Positions 54,050 to 63,088 of a stretch of 64,000 nt of DNA are shown piece by piece; positions within the stretch are counted from its first letter, which is position 1; each line of letters opens with the position of its first letter. A model generated the notes under the pieces. The model was not told the DNA's origin and did not search any database. It saw only the letters and a program-made list of their open reading frames with translations. The stretch covers positions 174,628 to 238,627 of the forward strand of contig JACPAV010000002.1 in assembly GCA_016180645.1 (NCBI GenBank), in the 5' to 3' direction. Made by a program: the position numbers and the translations under genes. This DNA is from Nitrospirota bacterium. Lineage in GTDB: Bacteria > JACPQY01.

Positions 54050-55150
54050 CTACCTTGCGTAGGAAGTGGAATCAAGTGAATCGCGACGGCGGGCCGACGA
54101 TGAGCGGAATTCCCTCAGGTGTCGTTGCACTTCCTCCAACACTTTTTGAAGATTCGGTTTGCCATCCACGAATTTCCTCTGGAAGTCTTCCGATACACGC
54201 CTGAACTCCTCCTCGGCCGGGCCGTCGAGCTGCAATACTTGCACACCCCTCTTGCTGATGCCCTTGAGCGCCGTCTCTTCGTCCCTCCGCATGATTTCGA
54301 ACAGCTTGGGAAGTGCCACTTCCACTTCGGCCAGGATCAATTTGCGCACGCCCTCCGGGGCTTGGTCCCATTGCTTCCTCCCCGTCACCAACACGGCCTG
54401 CGCAAACACGCCGCCGAGCCTCGTCACGTACCCGACATCGCGATACCAGCCCAGAACCACCGCACCCAGGGCGTTGGCGAAAACGACTTCCAGACGATCC
54501 GCGCGTAGGGCCTCCTGCACCTGGGCCAGAGGGAGTGGAACGGTCTGAATGCCAAGATACTCCGCGAAGGCCGGGAGAATCCGTTCGCCCGGCCATACCC
54601 AGATCTTCCGCTTCTTGAACTCTTCGAACGTGGGAACGGGAACACGGGTAAACAACAAACCCGATCCGATGTCCGCCCACACGATCAGACGGAAACCTAC
54701 ACGGCTGAACGCCTCAGCAATGGTGTCGTTCATCTTGTTTCGGACGTACTCGATCTCCCTCTCGTTGCGGAAAAGATAGGGAAGGAGGAGGACCGTGAAC
54801 TCCGGAGAGATCTCCCCGATGCCGGAGAGGGTGAACACGCCCGCGGACAAATCGCCCTTCCGGACCATTTCCACCATGGCAGGTTCGTCGCCAAGCACGC
54901 CGCTCGCATGAAGTTTGAAACGGACCTGCCCCTTGCTCAGCGCCTCCACGTGATCCGTCGCTTCCTTGAGGATCTTCATGTAAGGGGAGTTGCCGGGGGC
55001 GATGGTGCCGAGTGAAAACTCCCAGGACTTTTGGGCTTGGCCGTAGGCGGAGAGGGGTAAAAGGAGCGTGGCGGCCGCGAACAGCAGACACAGGACTGAG
55101 GGCCGAGGGCTGAGGACTGAGCGGTGGAGATCCGCCAGTCTGCAACTCAT
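54050..55150 (-). CDS. TRAP-transporter solute-binding protein (DctP/TatP-like) with signal peptide
   Basis: N-terminal hydrophobic signal (VLCLLFAAATLLLPLSAYG) and DctP-family fold features; 366 aa; heptamer-like repeat lies in the signal-peptide n-region. Confidence 0.65.
   Translation of the reverse strand: MSCRLADLHRSVLSPRPSVLCLLFAAATLLLPLSAYGQAQKSWEFSLGTIAPGNSPYMKILKEATDHVEALSKGQVRFKLHASGVLGDEPAMVEMVRKGDLSAGVFTLSGIGEISPEFTVLLLPYLFRNEREIEYVRNKMNDTIAEAFSRVGFRLIVWADIGSGLLFTRVPVPTFEEFKKRKIWVWPGERILPAFAEYLGIQTVPLPLAQVQEALRADRLEVVFANALGAVVLGWYRDVGYVTRLGGVFAQAVLVTGRKQWDQAPEGVRKLILAEVEVALPKLFEIMRRDEETALKGISKRGVQVLQLDGPAEEEFRRVSEDFQRKFVDGKPNLQKVLEEVQRHLREFRSSSARRRDSLDSTSYAR
55091..55125. repeat. 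degenerate heptanucleotide array (AGGACTG, AGGGCCG, AGGGCTG, AGGACTG, AGCGGTG)
   Basis: Read directly at the 5-prime end of the TRAP binding-protein gene. Confidence 0.5.
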
Positions 55151-55159
55151 CGCTCAATC

Positions 55160-56053
55160 CTAGAAGATCTCATCCTTCCTCTTCTGGAGATCCGCCGCCA
55201 TTTGCTTGGCCAGTTGATTCAGGACGCCCGCCTCGGGCAGAAGTTCGTCCGGCGCCTCGAGAACGGCCCTCAGGTCCTCGTCGAACTGCTTTTCGTCGTT
55301 CATCAGCGTGTCGTAGTATTGCGCCCGGAGCACACGGATCATGAGAAATCGACCCTGAGTCGCCTTGAGCGCTTCCTCGAATTGCAACCGCGCCTGATCG
55401 GCCCCCCCCCCGGCCACGGCGGGAAGCGTCGCGTAAAAGACACCAAGGAAAACCCGCGGGCTGCTGAAGAAGTAGTCCGGATCCACCTGATTCACGCGGA
55501 ACAGGAGCGCCCGCACATCCGGAAGGTCGAACAGGGAGTCCACATCCATGAGATGGAGATTCACGTACGCGGCCCATGCCGTGAGCGTCCAGAACATGGC
55601 GTCCATGTCCTCCTTGTCAAGTCGCCTGACCGCAAGATCGAACGCCTCGCCTTTCTCGAGCGCTTTCGCGAACCCACGATGGGTCTTGAGCGCGCGCAAG
55701 CCGAAATCCCTCGCCTTGATGTACATGGCCGAGGCCCGCGATGGATCCGTTCTCTCAAGAAACGCCTGCGCGTAGCCTGCGAACGACCGGCAGGCCAGAA
55801 CGAGGAGGTCCCGGTGCTCCGGGTTCTGTTCCACCATCGCTTCGAGGAGCAGGAGGCTCGTAGGGGCGGCATCCCGTAGGAGAGCCAGATCAGTCTGCCG
55901 CTCGGCCACAGCCGAGAGGGCCTGGAGCTGACCGATGATCTGGTTCGCAGCCATCCGGCGGACGGCGCCGCACGAAGACGTAAAGAGTGATGAGTAAAGG
56001 GTGATGAGGAGGAGCAGAGGCCGTACGACTTGCCGGGGCTTCACATCACTCAT
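55160..56053 (-). CDS. TatT-like TPR lipoprotein associated with TRAP transporters
   Basis: Lipoprotein-like signal (LLLLITLYSSLFTSSC) and helical TPR-like body; adjacent to the TRAP binding protein; contains a G10 tract encoding AGGGA. Confidence 0.5.
   Translation of the reverse strand: MSDVKPRQVVRPLLLLITLYSSLFTSSCGAVRRMAANQIIGQLQALSAVAERQTDLALLRDAAPTSLLLLEAMVEQNPEHRDLLVLACRSFAGYAQAFLERTDPSRASAMYIKARDFGLRALKTHRGFAKALEKGEAFDLAVRRLDKEDMDAMFWTLTAWAAYVNLHLMDVDSLFDLPDVRALLFRVNQVDPDYFFSSPRVFLGVFYATLPAVAGGGADQARLQFEEALKATQGRFLMIRVLRAQYYDTLMNDEKQFDEDLRAVLEAPDELLPEAGVLNQLAKQMAADLQKRKDEIF
55402..55411. repeat. homopolymeric C10 tract (G10 on coding strand) inside the TatT-like gene
   Basis: Read directly; encodes GGG in AVAGGGADQ. 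Confidence 0.6.
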
Positions 56054-56060
56054 CACGCTT
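55981..56060. repeat. 14-mer direct repeat (TAAAGAGTGATGAG / TAAAGGGTGATGAG) plus inverted GTGATGAG/CTCATCAC copies at the TatT start
   Basis: Read directly; spans the start codon and signal-peptide region of the TatT-like gene and the gap before purS. Confidence 0.5.
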
Positions 56061-56075
56061 CACCCATCTCGCCGC

Positions 56076-56321
56076 TCAGTCCTGGATATCAAATGTGTAG
56101 TCCTCGATCACCTGATTCGCGAGGAGCTTGCGGCACATCTCGTCCACCTTCGAACGGGCATCCTCCCGGCCCAACGAATTCTCGAGGTCGATCAGGAAAA
56201 TCTTTCCCTGACGGCAATCTTCCACCATCCCGAATCCAATCGATTGGAGAACCCCCTTGATGGCCTCGCCCTGCGGATCGTACAGCCCGGGTTTGAGAAA
56301 GACTTGAACGCGCGCTTTCAT
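56076..56321 (-). CDS. purS: phosphoribosylformylglycinamidine synthase subunit PurS
   Basis: 81-aa protein MKARVQVFLKPGLYDPQGEAIKGVLQSIGFGMVEDCRQGKIFLIDLE matches PurS. Confidence 0.75.
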   Translation of the reverse strand: MKARVQVFLKPGLYDPQGEAIKGVLQSIGFGMVEDCRQGKIFLIDLENSLGREDARSKVDEMCRKLLANQVIEDYTFDIQD

Positions 56322-56330
56322 GGTCAGGTT

Positions 56331-56942
56331 TCAGGCCGGGGTGGCAGGCTTTTCCTTCGGAGAGCCGAACTTTCCTTCGGTCCCCTCGATCAGTTTTCGA
56401 ATGTTCTCCCGGTGGCGCAGGTAGATGATGAGGGCGATCAGGAGCGCGAGGACGGTCAGAAACTTGTCATCGCGGATGATCCACAGTGCAACCGGGAAAG
56501 CCGTCGCCGCCGAGAGGGAACCCACCGACGAATATCGAAAGATCGCAAACATGACGAGCCACACACCCGCGGCGATCAGGGCGACGCTGGGCTGTATGCC
56601 GAGGAAGACGCCGAACGCCGTCGCCACCCCCTTGCCGCCCTTAAGCTTGAGAAAAACAGTGAACACATGACCGCAAAAGGCCGCCAGAGCCGCCGCCGCG
56701 ATCCACAAGGAACTGAAATCCATAATGCGCGCGAGGACCACCGGCAGCACGCCCTTGAGGAGGTCGCCGATCAAGGTCACCGCCCCCAAAGCTTTCCCGA
56801 GATTGCGCGTGACGTTGGTGGCTCCGATGTTCCCGCTCCCCACGGTCCGGATATCGATGCCTTTCGCCTTCGCAAGAAGCAAACCGGTGGGAATGGATCC
56901 CAACAGATAGGCCAGAAGTACGACGGCGATCTCCTTCGCCAT
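56331..56942 (-). CDS. plsY: glycerol-3-phosphate acyltransferase PlsY (acyl-phosphate dependent)
   Basis: IRTVGSGNIGATNVTRNLGK signature and multi-pass hydrophobic profile; 203 aa. Confidence 0.85.
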   Translation of the reverse strand: MAKEIAVVLLAYLLGSIPTGLLLAKAKGIDIRTVGSGNIGATNVTRNLGKALGAVTLIGDLLKGVLPVVLARIMDFSSLWIAAAALAAFCGHVFTVFLKLKGGKGVATAFGVFLGIQPSVALIAAGVWLVMFAIFRYSSVGSLSAATAFPVALWIIRDDKFLTVLALLIALIIYLRHRENIRKLIEGTEGKFGSPKEKPATPA

Positions 56943-57187
56943 GCGGCTGCTATATCACTACTCCGGACGGCGGAGCAAATGGGAGGAAGTATCCGACACC
57001 CCGGCGCCGATCTGTTTGAGGAGGATCGGACTGCGCGCGAACGGCGATTTCGTTTCACTGGACGACCGCACGACGAGCGCCCCGATCAACTCCTCTCTGA
57101 TTCAGTCGCAGGCTTGCGGCAACACCGGCTTGTGAGGTAGACAATCACCCGGAACCTCGGCACAGATGGCCGGGGCCGTTTTTCCTC

Positions 57188-58777
57188 ATGCCGACGAAAC
57201 TGCTGCTACGAATGTTCTGCGCCCTCACGGTTGCCGCGGGTTCCTGCGGCGATCCCACCTCCTCGAAGGGCCCCGGCTGGGACGCTTTGGAACGCTGGGA
57301 TGCGCTGCCGGTTCTGGGAAACGGCGCCTACCGCCAGTTCTCCAGCTACGATCGGCTCAAACGGACGGACTATCCCGTCGCCGATCCAGGCAATAAGGAC
57401 GCAAACAATTTTCTCGCCGTATGTGCTAGGCAGGAGACCCCCCCTCTCACCGAACAGGACGACCCGGGTCTATGCGACGCAGGCCTGGAGGGATTCCTCA
57501 TCGCCCGTGTCTCCGGGCAAAGCGGATTCGTTTCCCGCCTCTGGCTGACCGCCGCGCCGTTCTATTCGAATGAAACCATCCGCATCTACGCCGATGATCT
57601 CACGCGGCCCGCCTATGAGGGTCGTCCGGCCGATTGGGCAAACCGAACGGATCCGATCTTCACCGAGCCCCTGGCCGGACCGCGCTCGGGCGCCGTGGTC
57701 AGTTATAGGCCCATTCCCTTCAAGCACGATCTGCGGGTCTACCTCGACAAGCTGCTCCCGGTCGGGCTTTACTTTTACCAGGTCGACACCCAACTCGATC
57801 TCCCGGTGGAGGACACGTTCGCGGCGGTGCCCCTCGCGCCCGCCAATCTCGCCCGGTACGACGTTCTCCTCAACAGTCCGGGTTCCGGAACGGAGTCGCG
57901 ACGTGCCGGCGAGACGAACTCCCGAAGCGCGTCCCTCGAGCCGTCCGAGGGTACGACGGTCTTTGACCTCAAGGGCCCGGGCACGATACGCAAACTCAGC
58001 TTTTCGCTCGATGCAACCACACTCAGCCAACTCCGATCCCTGACTTTGGGCATCCGGTGGGATGAAGAAACCGAATACTCGGTTCAACTCCCCCTTTCAG
58101 CTTTCTTCGGCAACCATCTTTCGATCCAGCCCTATTCAACCCTGCCCATGGAAATTCAACGGCAGAGCAACACGCTCACTCTCTCGACCTATTTCCCAAT
58201 GCCATTCCAGAAGGCGGCCGAGATTCGGTTGATGAATGCAAGTGGCTCGCCGGTATCCTTCGCGGCATTGGCCCGCGTCGAGCCGCGAACGCCGACAGCC
58301 GAGTGGGGCTATTTCGGCACCGAATTCAATGAAACGGTCGGACCCTTCCAACCAAACCTGAAACATCCGATTGTTTCGCTTGATGGACGGGGCAAATACG
58401 TGGGGACGTTCATGTTCATGGAAGGCCACAAAGACGTCCAAACGGTGATCGCCGACGCCTTCAACTTCCTCGAGGGCGACGAATTCGGAACGATCGACGG
58501 CGAGCTGCGGATTCCCGGAACAGGCACGGAGGACTATTTCAACGCCGGCTTCTATTATCTCAAGGGTCTGTTTGATTCTCCCTTCGCCGGGTTGAATCAC
58601 AAGCAGACGACGGAAGACGGCCGGTCAGGCGCCATCTCCACCTATCGCTGGCACGTGTTGTCGGATGAAATCAATTTCTCCCGCTCCTTCGACCTCAACA
58701 TCGAGTATGGCGCCAACCGCCCCGACCTCGCCGATCGCTACGCGTCGGTCGCCTACTACTACCTGAGTCGCCCTTGA
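57188..58777 (+). CDS. secreted lipoprotein, possibly DUF2961/glycoside-hydrolase-like
   Basis: Signal peptide with lipobox-like VAAGSC; 529 aa; weak resemblance to DUF2961-type proteins; family call tentative. Confidence 0.35.
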   Translation: MPTKLLLRMFCALTVAAGSCGDPTSSKGPGWDALERWDALPVLGNGAYRQFSSYDRLKRTDYPVADPGNKDANNFLAVCARQETPPLTEQDDPGLCDAGLEGFLIARVSGQSGFVSRLWLTAAPFYSNETIRIYADDLTRPAYEGRPADWANRTDPIFTEPLAGPRSGAVVSYRPIPFKHDLRVYLDKLLPVGLYFYQVDTQLDLPVEDTFAAVPLAPANLARYDVLLNSPGSGTESRRAGETNSRSASLEPSEGTTVFDLKGPGTIRKLSFSLDATTLSQLRSLTLGIRWDEETEYSVQLPLSAFFGNHLSIQPYSTLPMEIQRQSNTLTLSTYFPMPFQKAAEIRLMNASGSPVSFAALARVEPRTPTAEWGYFGTEFNETVGPFQPNLKHPIVSLDGRGKYVGTFMFMEGHKDVQTVIADAFNFLEGDEFGTIDGELRIPGTGTEDYFNAGFYYLKGLFDSPFAGLNHKQTTEDGRSGAISTYRWHVLSDEINFSRSFDLNIEYGANRPDLADRYASVAYYYLSRP

Positions 58778-58848
58778 ATCCCTCCGGCCTCGGATTCGCG
58801 GCCGTTTCCCGGATTGTCGAATTGTATTCTTTAGGATACAATTACTCC

Positions 58849-59322
58849 ATGCGTCCATGGCACTTGACGCTTCGCCGTCTACGACTTGAGCTGGGCCTCA
58901 CTCAGGAGCAATTGGCCCGGCGGGCGGGCATGGCCAGACCTTCGCTCACAAGGGTTGAACGGGGGCAGAAGGACCTGACGGTCTCTTCGCTCTTGCGGCT
59001 TTCCCAGGCGTTGGGAATGGATCCCGCGCGATTTTTCGAGGAGGCGCCCGCGCCGAAACCCCTGGGGCGGCATGGCATCGACCGGATCGCAAGAGCGGTT
59101 GTGGCGGGGCATGGCGGAGACCGCAAAGAGGAATCTCACTTGATTCAAGGCCTTGCCTATCAACTTCGCCCCTCCCTTGAGGCTTCAAAGGCCCCCGGGG
59201 CGGCCGCCGCCCGGCGAGCGGCCCGACGAAACTACGAGGCGATCCGCCAGGAGTATCGGCCGGAGGACCTCGAGAAACTCATGCGGCGGGTCCACGCTCT
59301 CCTCGCCGCGCTGCCGGCATGA
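58849..59322 (+). CDS. XRE-family helix-turn-helix transcriptional regulator
   Basis: LRRLRLELGLTQEQLARRAGMARPSLTRVERGQKDLTVSSLLRLSQALGMD is a classic XRE HTH; start set to internal ATG (MRPWHLT). Confidence 0.6.
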   Translation: MRPWHLTLRRLRLELGLTQEQLARRAGMARPSLTRVERGQKDLTVSSLLRLSQALGMDPARFFEEAPAPKPLGRHGIDRIARAVVAGHGGDRKEESHLIQGLAYQLRPSLEASKAPGAAAARRAARRNYEAIRQEYRPEDLEKLMRRVHALLAALPA

Positions 59323-59939
59323 CACGCCGTCAGCTCGACCGATTCCTCCGGGCCCTGTCAGAACGAGTTCCCTTCCATGCCTCGCTGATTCTGACGGGTG
59401 GAGTCGCAGCCGGAATCCTCGGTCGGGTACGTCCAACGGAAGATATCGATTTCGAGGCGCGATCAAGGGACCGGAGGCGGCAGGAGGAACTGGAGCGGCA
59501 GATTCAAGCCACCGCCCGGGAGACCGGTACGGCCGTGCAGTACTCGGAGGATATCGACCGTTGGTCTTCGATCACCTTGCCGGACCACCGCAGCACGGCG
59601 CGTCGATGGAAGGCCTACGGCCGATTGCGGGTCGACGTGCTCCATCCTCTTGTCCTTGCCGTGCCGAAACTCGCCCGTGGCACGGAAGACGACCTGCGGG
59701 ACGTCGTCGCGTGTTTCAAGAAGCAAAGAGTGTCCTGGCGTTCGGCCGCTTGCACCTTCGGTCTTGCCGCCCGGCGCAGTCCGCGATCCACCGCTCTGAC
59801 ACTCTACGCCCGCCGCGTGGAGTACTTCTTTGATCGATTCGGTTCCAGAATCTGGGGATCTCGTTTCAGAAGTCCGGACGCGCAATCGCTTTTCCGCCGC
59901 CACGCCCGGCGCAGGAGTCGGATCAATCGGAGGGCGTAA
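59319..59939 (+). CDS. hypothetical protein with nucleotidyltransferase-like motif
   Basis: LILTGGVAAGILGRVRPTEDIDFE resembles the GG...D.D nucleotidyltransferase-fold signature; ATG overlaps the stop of the XRE gene. Confidence 0.35.
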   Translation: MTRRQLDRFLRALSERVPFHASLILTGGVAAGILGRVRPTEDIDFEARSRDRRRQEELERQIQATARETGTAVQYSEDIDRWSSITLPDHRSTARRWKAYGRLRVDVLHPLVLAVPKLARGTEDDLRDVVACFKKQRVSWRSAACTFGLAARRSPRSTALTLYARRVEYFFDRFGSRIWGSRFRSPDAQSLFRRHARRRSRINRRA

Positions 59940-61503
59940 ACCGCCGTTCGACCGTCTTCCCATCCAGCACGGATCGCACCTCACCCTCGGCTGCCTTGTC
60001 CGAGAAGGTCAAATCCACCGTCAACGTGCCCGAGTGCTTTCCTGACAACTCCACCTTCTCGTTGAATCGAGCGTCGGTAAGAAGGGTGCGAAATTGTTGT
60101 GTCCCGTTGAGCACCTCATCTCCGTTCTCGCTGTAATCCCCGTACTCAATGGTCATTTGTCCTGCAGGGAGAGAGCCGGAGAAAACGATCTTGACCGTGC
60201 CGCCGCGGGCGCCGGAGAGAGTCGTTTCAAGCGGTGGAGGATTCGGCGCGTAGTCGCTCAAGAAGGGAGCCCAATCGAGACTGGGCGATCGAATCCCAAT
60301 CGGGACCGCAGCGTGGGAGGAGCGGAGCGTAATGAGACGGATTCGCGTTTGGTCGTCACTCCTCGGGATGAACTCGCCGACCACCAACCGCCGCCCGTCA
60401 GGTGCCCAACGAGGTGCATCGCCGACAAACCATTCATCTCCGGGATCGTCGAGAGGAATACCCGCGGAACCGTTCGCGTCCCCCTCCGCCGAAAAAAGGA
60501 CGGCGGAGCGTCTTGCCGAACGGCGACTGGTCCCACTCCCGGCCAGTTGATAAGCAACAACAGGCAGCGTCTGTAGAAAATCGCCAAACGGTGGCAACGG
60601 AAGCGTCGCAAATGCCTCCAGCACATTCCGTCCCCGGCTCGTGGCGGTAACAAAGGATGAGCCGTCCGGGGACCAGTGCCCGTCCTCGTCCCAATCCGGA
60701 TGGAAGGTGTGACGGGTCACCTCGCCGGTCTCAAGATCCATCAGATAGTCGTCCAGATTCATCGACTGATCCCGCGTTGCGGAGAAGGCCAGGGCAGTAC
60801 CCCCATGCGAAATGTCCTTCGTCTCGTAGAAGGCGCCCCGCACGCGAATGTCGTCGGCCGAATTCTTGGTTATTCCCCTCGGTGCGCCTACCACACGCGG
60901 CCCGCTCACCCGGAATCGTCCATCTACTCTGATCAAATCACCGATCAGCATCAGAAAACCGTCCGTGCGGACCTTGGTCCACGCAATCCTTCCGCCATCG
61001 GGGGAGATGGACGGCCAGCGATCCTGGAGTGTCCCTTCCCCCTCGCTCAAACCATCCAGCAGGTACTCCCCGGTCATCGAGGGACTCTCCTCCAGCAAGG
61101 GTCGGTCGCCACCGAGCACATACGTTTGCAACTCCCAGGCGGTGCCTTTGCCGGGATTGGAATGGATGAAGACATCTCTCCCATTCGGATGGGGCACGGG
61201 CCGCTCCCGATTCCGCGCCGGCAACGCGCACGTGAGGCATCGAAACTGTGAGGAGGCCAGGTTCAGGATCGCCAGATCCTGCCGGGACGGGTTGTCATCG
61301 GGCAGGAACACAACAAGGAGATGGTCATCGTCCAGCCACACGGGATCGCGCCACCCGGCCACCCCTTCCGGTCGGGCCAAGACGACGCTGGATTCCACCT
61401 CGCGGGACGTTTGGGGTTTTGCGCACCCCATCGCCGCGCATCCGAGGATCCAGGCAAAAGGCAATGCCAGTGAGAACAGAGTCCCGGTCCCCCGTGGCCG
61501 CAT
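59923..61503 (-). CDS. TolB-like beta-propeller lipoprotein (PD40 repeats)
   Basis: Lipoprotein-type signal (LFSLALPFAWILGC) and repeated SPDG/WSPDGS/WAPDGRRL motifs; 526 aa. Confidence 0.55.
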   Translation of the reverse strand: MRPRGTGTLFSLALPFAWILGCAAMGCAKPQTSREVESSVVLARPEGVAGWRDPVWLDDDHLLVVFLPDDNPSRQDLAILNLASSQFRCLTCALPARNRERPVPHPNGRDVFIHSNPGKGTAWELQTYVLGGDRPLLEESPSMTGEYLLDGLSEGEGTLQDRWPSISPDGGRIAWTKVRTDGFLMLIGDLIRVDGRFRVSGPRVVGAPRGITKNSADDIRVRGAFYETKDISHGGTALAFSATRDQSMNLDDYLMDLETGEVTRHTFHPDWDEDGHWSPDGSSFVTATSRGRNVLEAFATLPLPPFGDFLQTLPVVAYQLAGSGTSRRSARRSAVLFSAEGDANGSAGIPLDDPGDEWFVGDAPRWAPDGRRLVVGEFIPRSDDQTRIRLITLRSSHAAVPIGIRSPSLDWAPFLSDYAPNPPPLETTLSGARGGTVKIVFSGSLPAGQMTIEYGDYSENGDEVLNGTQQFRTLLTDARFNEKVELSGKHSGTLTVDLTFSDKAAEGEVRSVLDGKTVERRFTPSD

Positions 61504-61512
61504 GGTGCGGAC

Positions 61513-63015
61513 TTACTTTTTCTTCTTCTTGCGTTCGCGGGGGGATACGTAGCGCGGTTCACCGTCGCCGTCGTACAGCGAGCCCGCCACGTAGGACATG
61601 AGGATCTGGTGCAGGTTCACACTCGCCTTGAGGCGTGTGAGGTAGGACCAGAAACCGACCACGGTGCGGTCGATGAACACAAATTCGGGTTGGTACTGGG
61701 GGAGGAACTTGTTGCGGAGGATGTGCTTCGCCCCCTCCGTGCCCATCTTGAGCACGTCGAGTGAGGCGACCTGATAAGGGCGGTCCTCCAAAACCGGCGT
61801 GAGGTACATCCGGCTCATCGGCCAGAGAAGTTCGGGATCCTCGCCCTCCTTCAGGAAGCCCACCTTCACGTAGTATTCCGCGGCAGACTCCCGATCCTCC
61901 TCCATAACGGCCCGAAGCAGACCTGCCAGATCTTTCACAAAAGCTCCGGGATAGCGCCGCACACACCCAAAATCGAGTACACCGAAGCGTGGCAGGCCGC
62001 TGCGCTCTCCGGGCTTCGCCGGAAGAATGAGGTAGTTCCCTGGGTGGGGGTCGCCGTGAAGCAACCCGAAATGGAAGAATTGGCGCCAGAAGAAGTGGGC
62101 TAGTTTTTCGGCCAGCCACGCATTGCAGGCCTGCGCGTCCGCACCGATCCGGATCGGAAGACCATCGCGGGAGGGATTCATCACCCACGTGATGAAATCC
62201 GCGATCGGCATGCCTTCCAGAAGCTCCATCGTGAGGACGCGTTCCGTTGAGTATTCTTCGTACATCCGGGGAACGACAATTTCTTCATCGTCCTTGAACA
62301 GCTTCTTGAACTCCCTGGCGTTCTTCAACTCCAGCTCGTAATCGATCTCACGGTAAAGATTTTCGGCGATTTCTTCGTACACGTTCGAAAGGTCGAGTTT
62401 GCGCTCGCGCAGGAGATCCGCCGCGATTCCCTTGAGCATGCCGATGCCGGACTTGAGGACGCCCAGATCGGACTCCACGAGCTTGAGAGCGCCGGGGTAC
62501 TGGATTTTCACGGCCACTTCCGTGCCGTCTTTCAATACGGCCTTGTGAACCTGTCCCAAAGATGCGGCGGCGAACGCATGGGTCTCGAAGTGCTTGAAGA
62601 CTTTTTCAGGAGGCGCTTTGAATTCCTTCTGAATCTGTTTCTTGATCTGCGCGTAAGGCATGGGCGGAACGCTGCTGTGCAGCCCCGCCAGGGCGCGCAG
62701 GTATTCCCCCGGGAGAAATTCCTGTTGCGACAGCATTTGTCCCACCTTGAGCAGGGGACCCTTGAGTTGCTTGAATACTCCCAGAATGCGCTCGGCGTTC
62801 TTCAGGTGCTTGGCGAGAAGTGCGGTCTCGCGTTTGTCCGGGTCGATGAACCGCGACGTGGCCTTGTGCAGGAGATAGCTGGCGGAGACCTGCGTGGAAA
62901 GCGCACCCAGACGCAACATCCGGCCGAGACCGGATCGGGGCCCACTCGATCGGGTTTCTTTCTCGTCAGAATCGGGCATCGTGGAATGGTATCCTCGATT
63001 GTCCACGAATTCCAC
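61513..63015 (-). CDS. ABC1/UbiB-family atypical protein kinase
   Basis: AAASLGQVHKAVLKDGTEVAVKIQYPG and HGDPHPGN motifs typical of the UbiB/ABC1 family; poly-Lys C-terminus; 500 aa. Confidence 0.8.
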   Translation of the reverse strand: MEFVDNRGYHSTMPDSDEKETRSSGPRSGLGRMLRLGALSTQVSASYLLHKATSRFIDPDKRETALLAKHLKNAERILGVFKQLKGPLLKVGQMLSQQEFLPGEYLRALAGLHSSVPPMPYAQIKKQIQKEFKAPPEKVFKHFETHAFAAASLGQVHKAVLKDGTEVAVKIQYPGALKLVESDLGVLKSGIGMLKGIAADLLRERKLDLSNVYEEIAENLYREIDYELELKNAREFKKLFKDDEEIVVPRMYEEYSTERVLTMELLEGMPIADFITWVMNPSRDGLPIRIGADAQACNAWLAEKLAHFFWRQFFHFGLLHGDPHPGNYLILPAKPGERSGLPRFGVLDFGCVRRYPGAFVKDLAGLLRAVMEEDRESAAEYYVKVGFLKEGEDPELLWPMSRMYLTPVLEDRPYQVASLDVLKMGTEGAKHILRNKFLPQYQPEFVFIDRTVVGFWSYLTRLKASVNLHQILMSYVAGSLYDGDGEPRYVSPRERKKKKK

Positions 63016-63088
63016 AGCGCCGCCTCCAAGCCGTTCCAGTCCGCGAACTGATTTTGAGGCCCCCCGCCCTCGCGGGGGGCTTCTCGTC

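Noticed and set aside
12968-55411. Claim that G/C homopolymer tracts are statistically enriched in the island
   Set aside because: A rough composition-based estimate predicts about one to two runs of 10 or more and several runs of 9 or more in 64 kb of this GC content, close to what is observed; only the positional argument (paralog 5-prime ends, start-codon-adjacent tract) is retained.
24577-56060. Possibility that the short tandem and palindromic repeats are CRISPR arrays
   Set aside because: Units are 7-14 nt with no unique spacers and no cas genes; several lie in frame inside coding regions. They are simple sequence repeats, not CRISPR.
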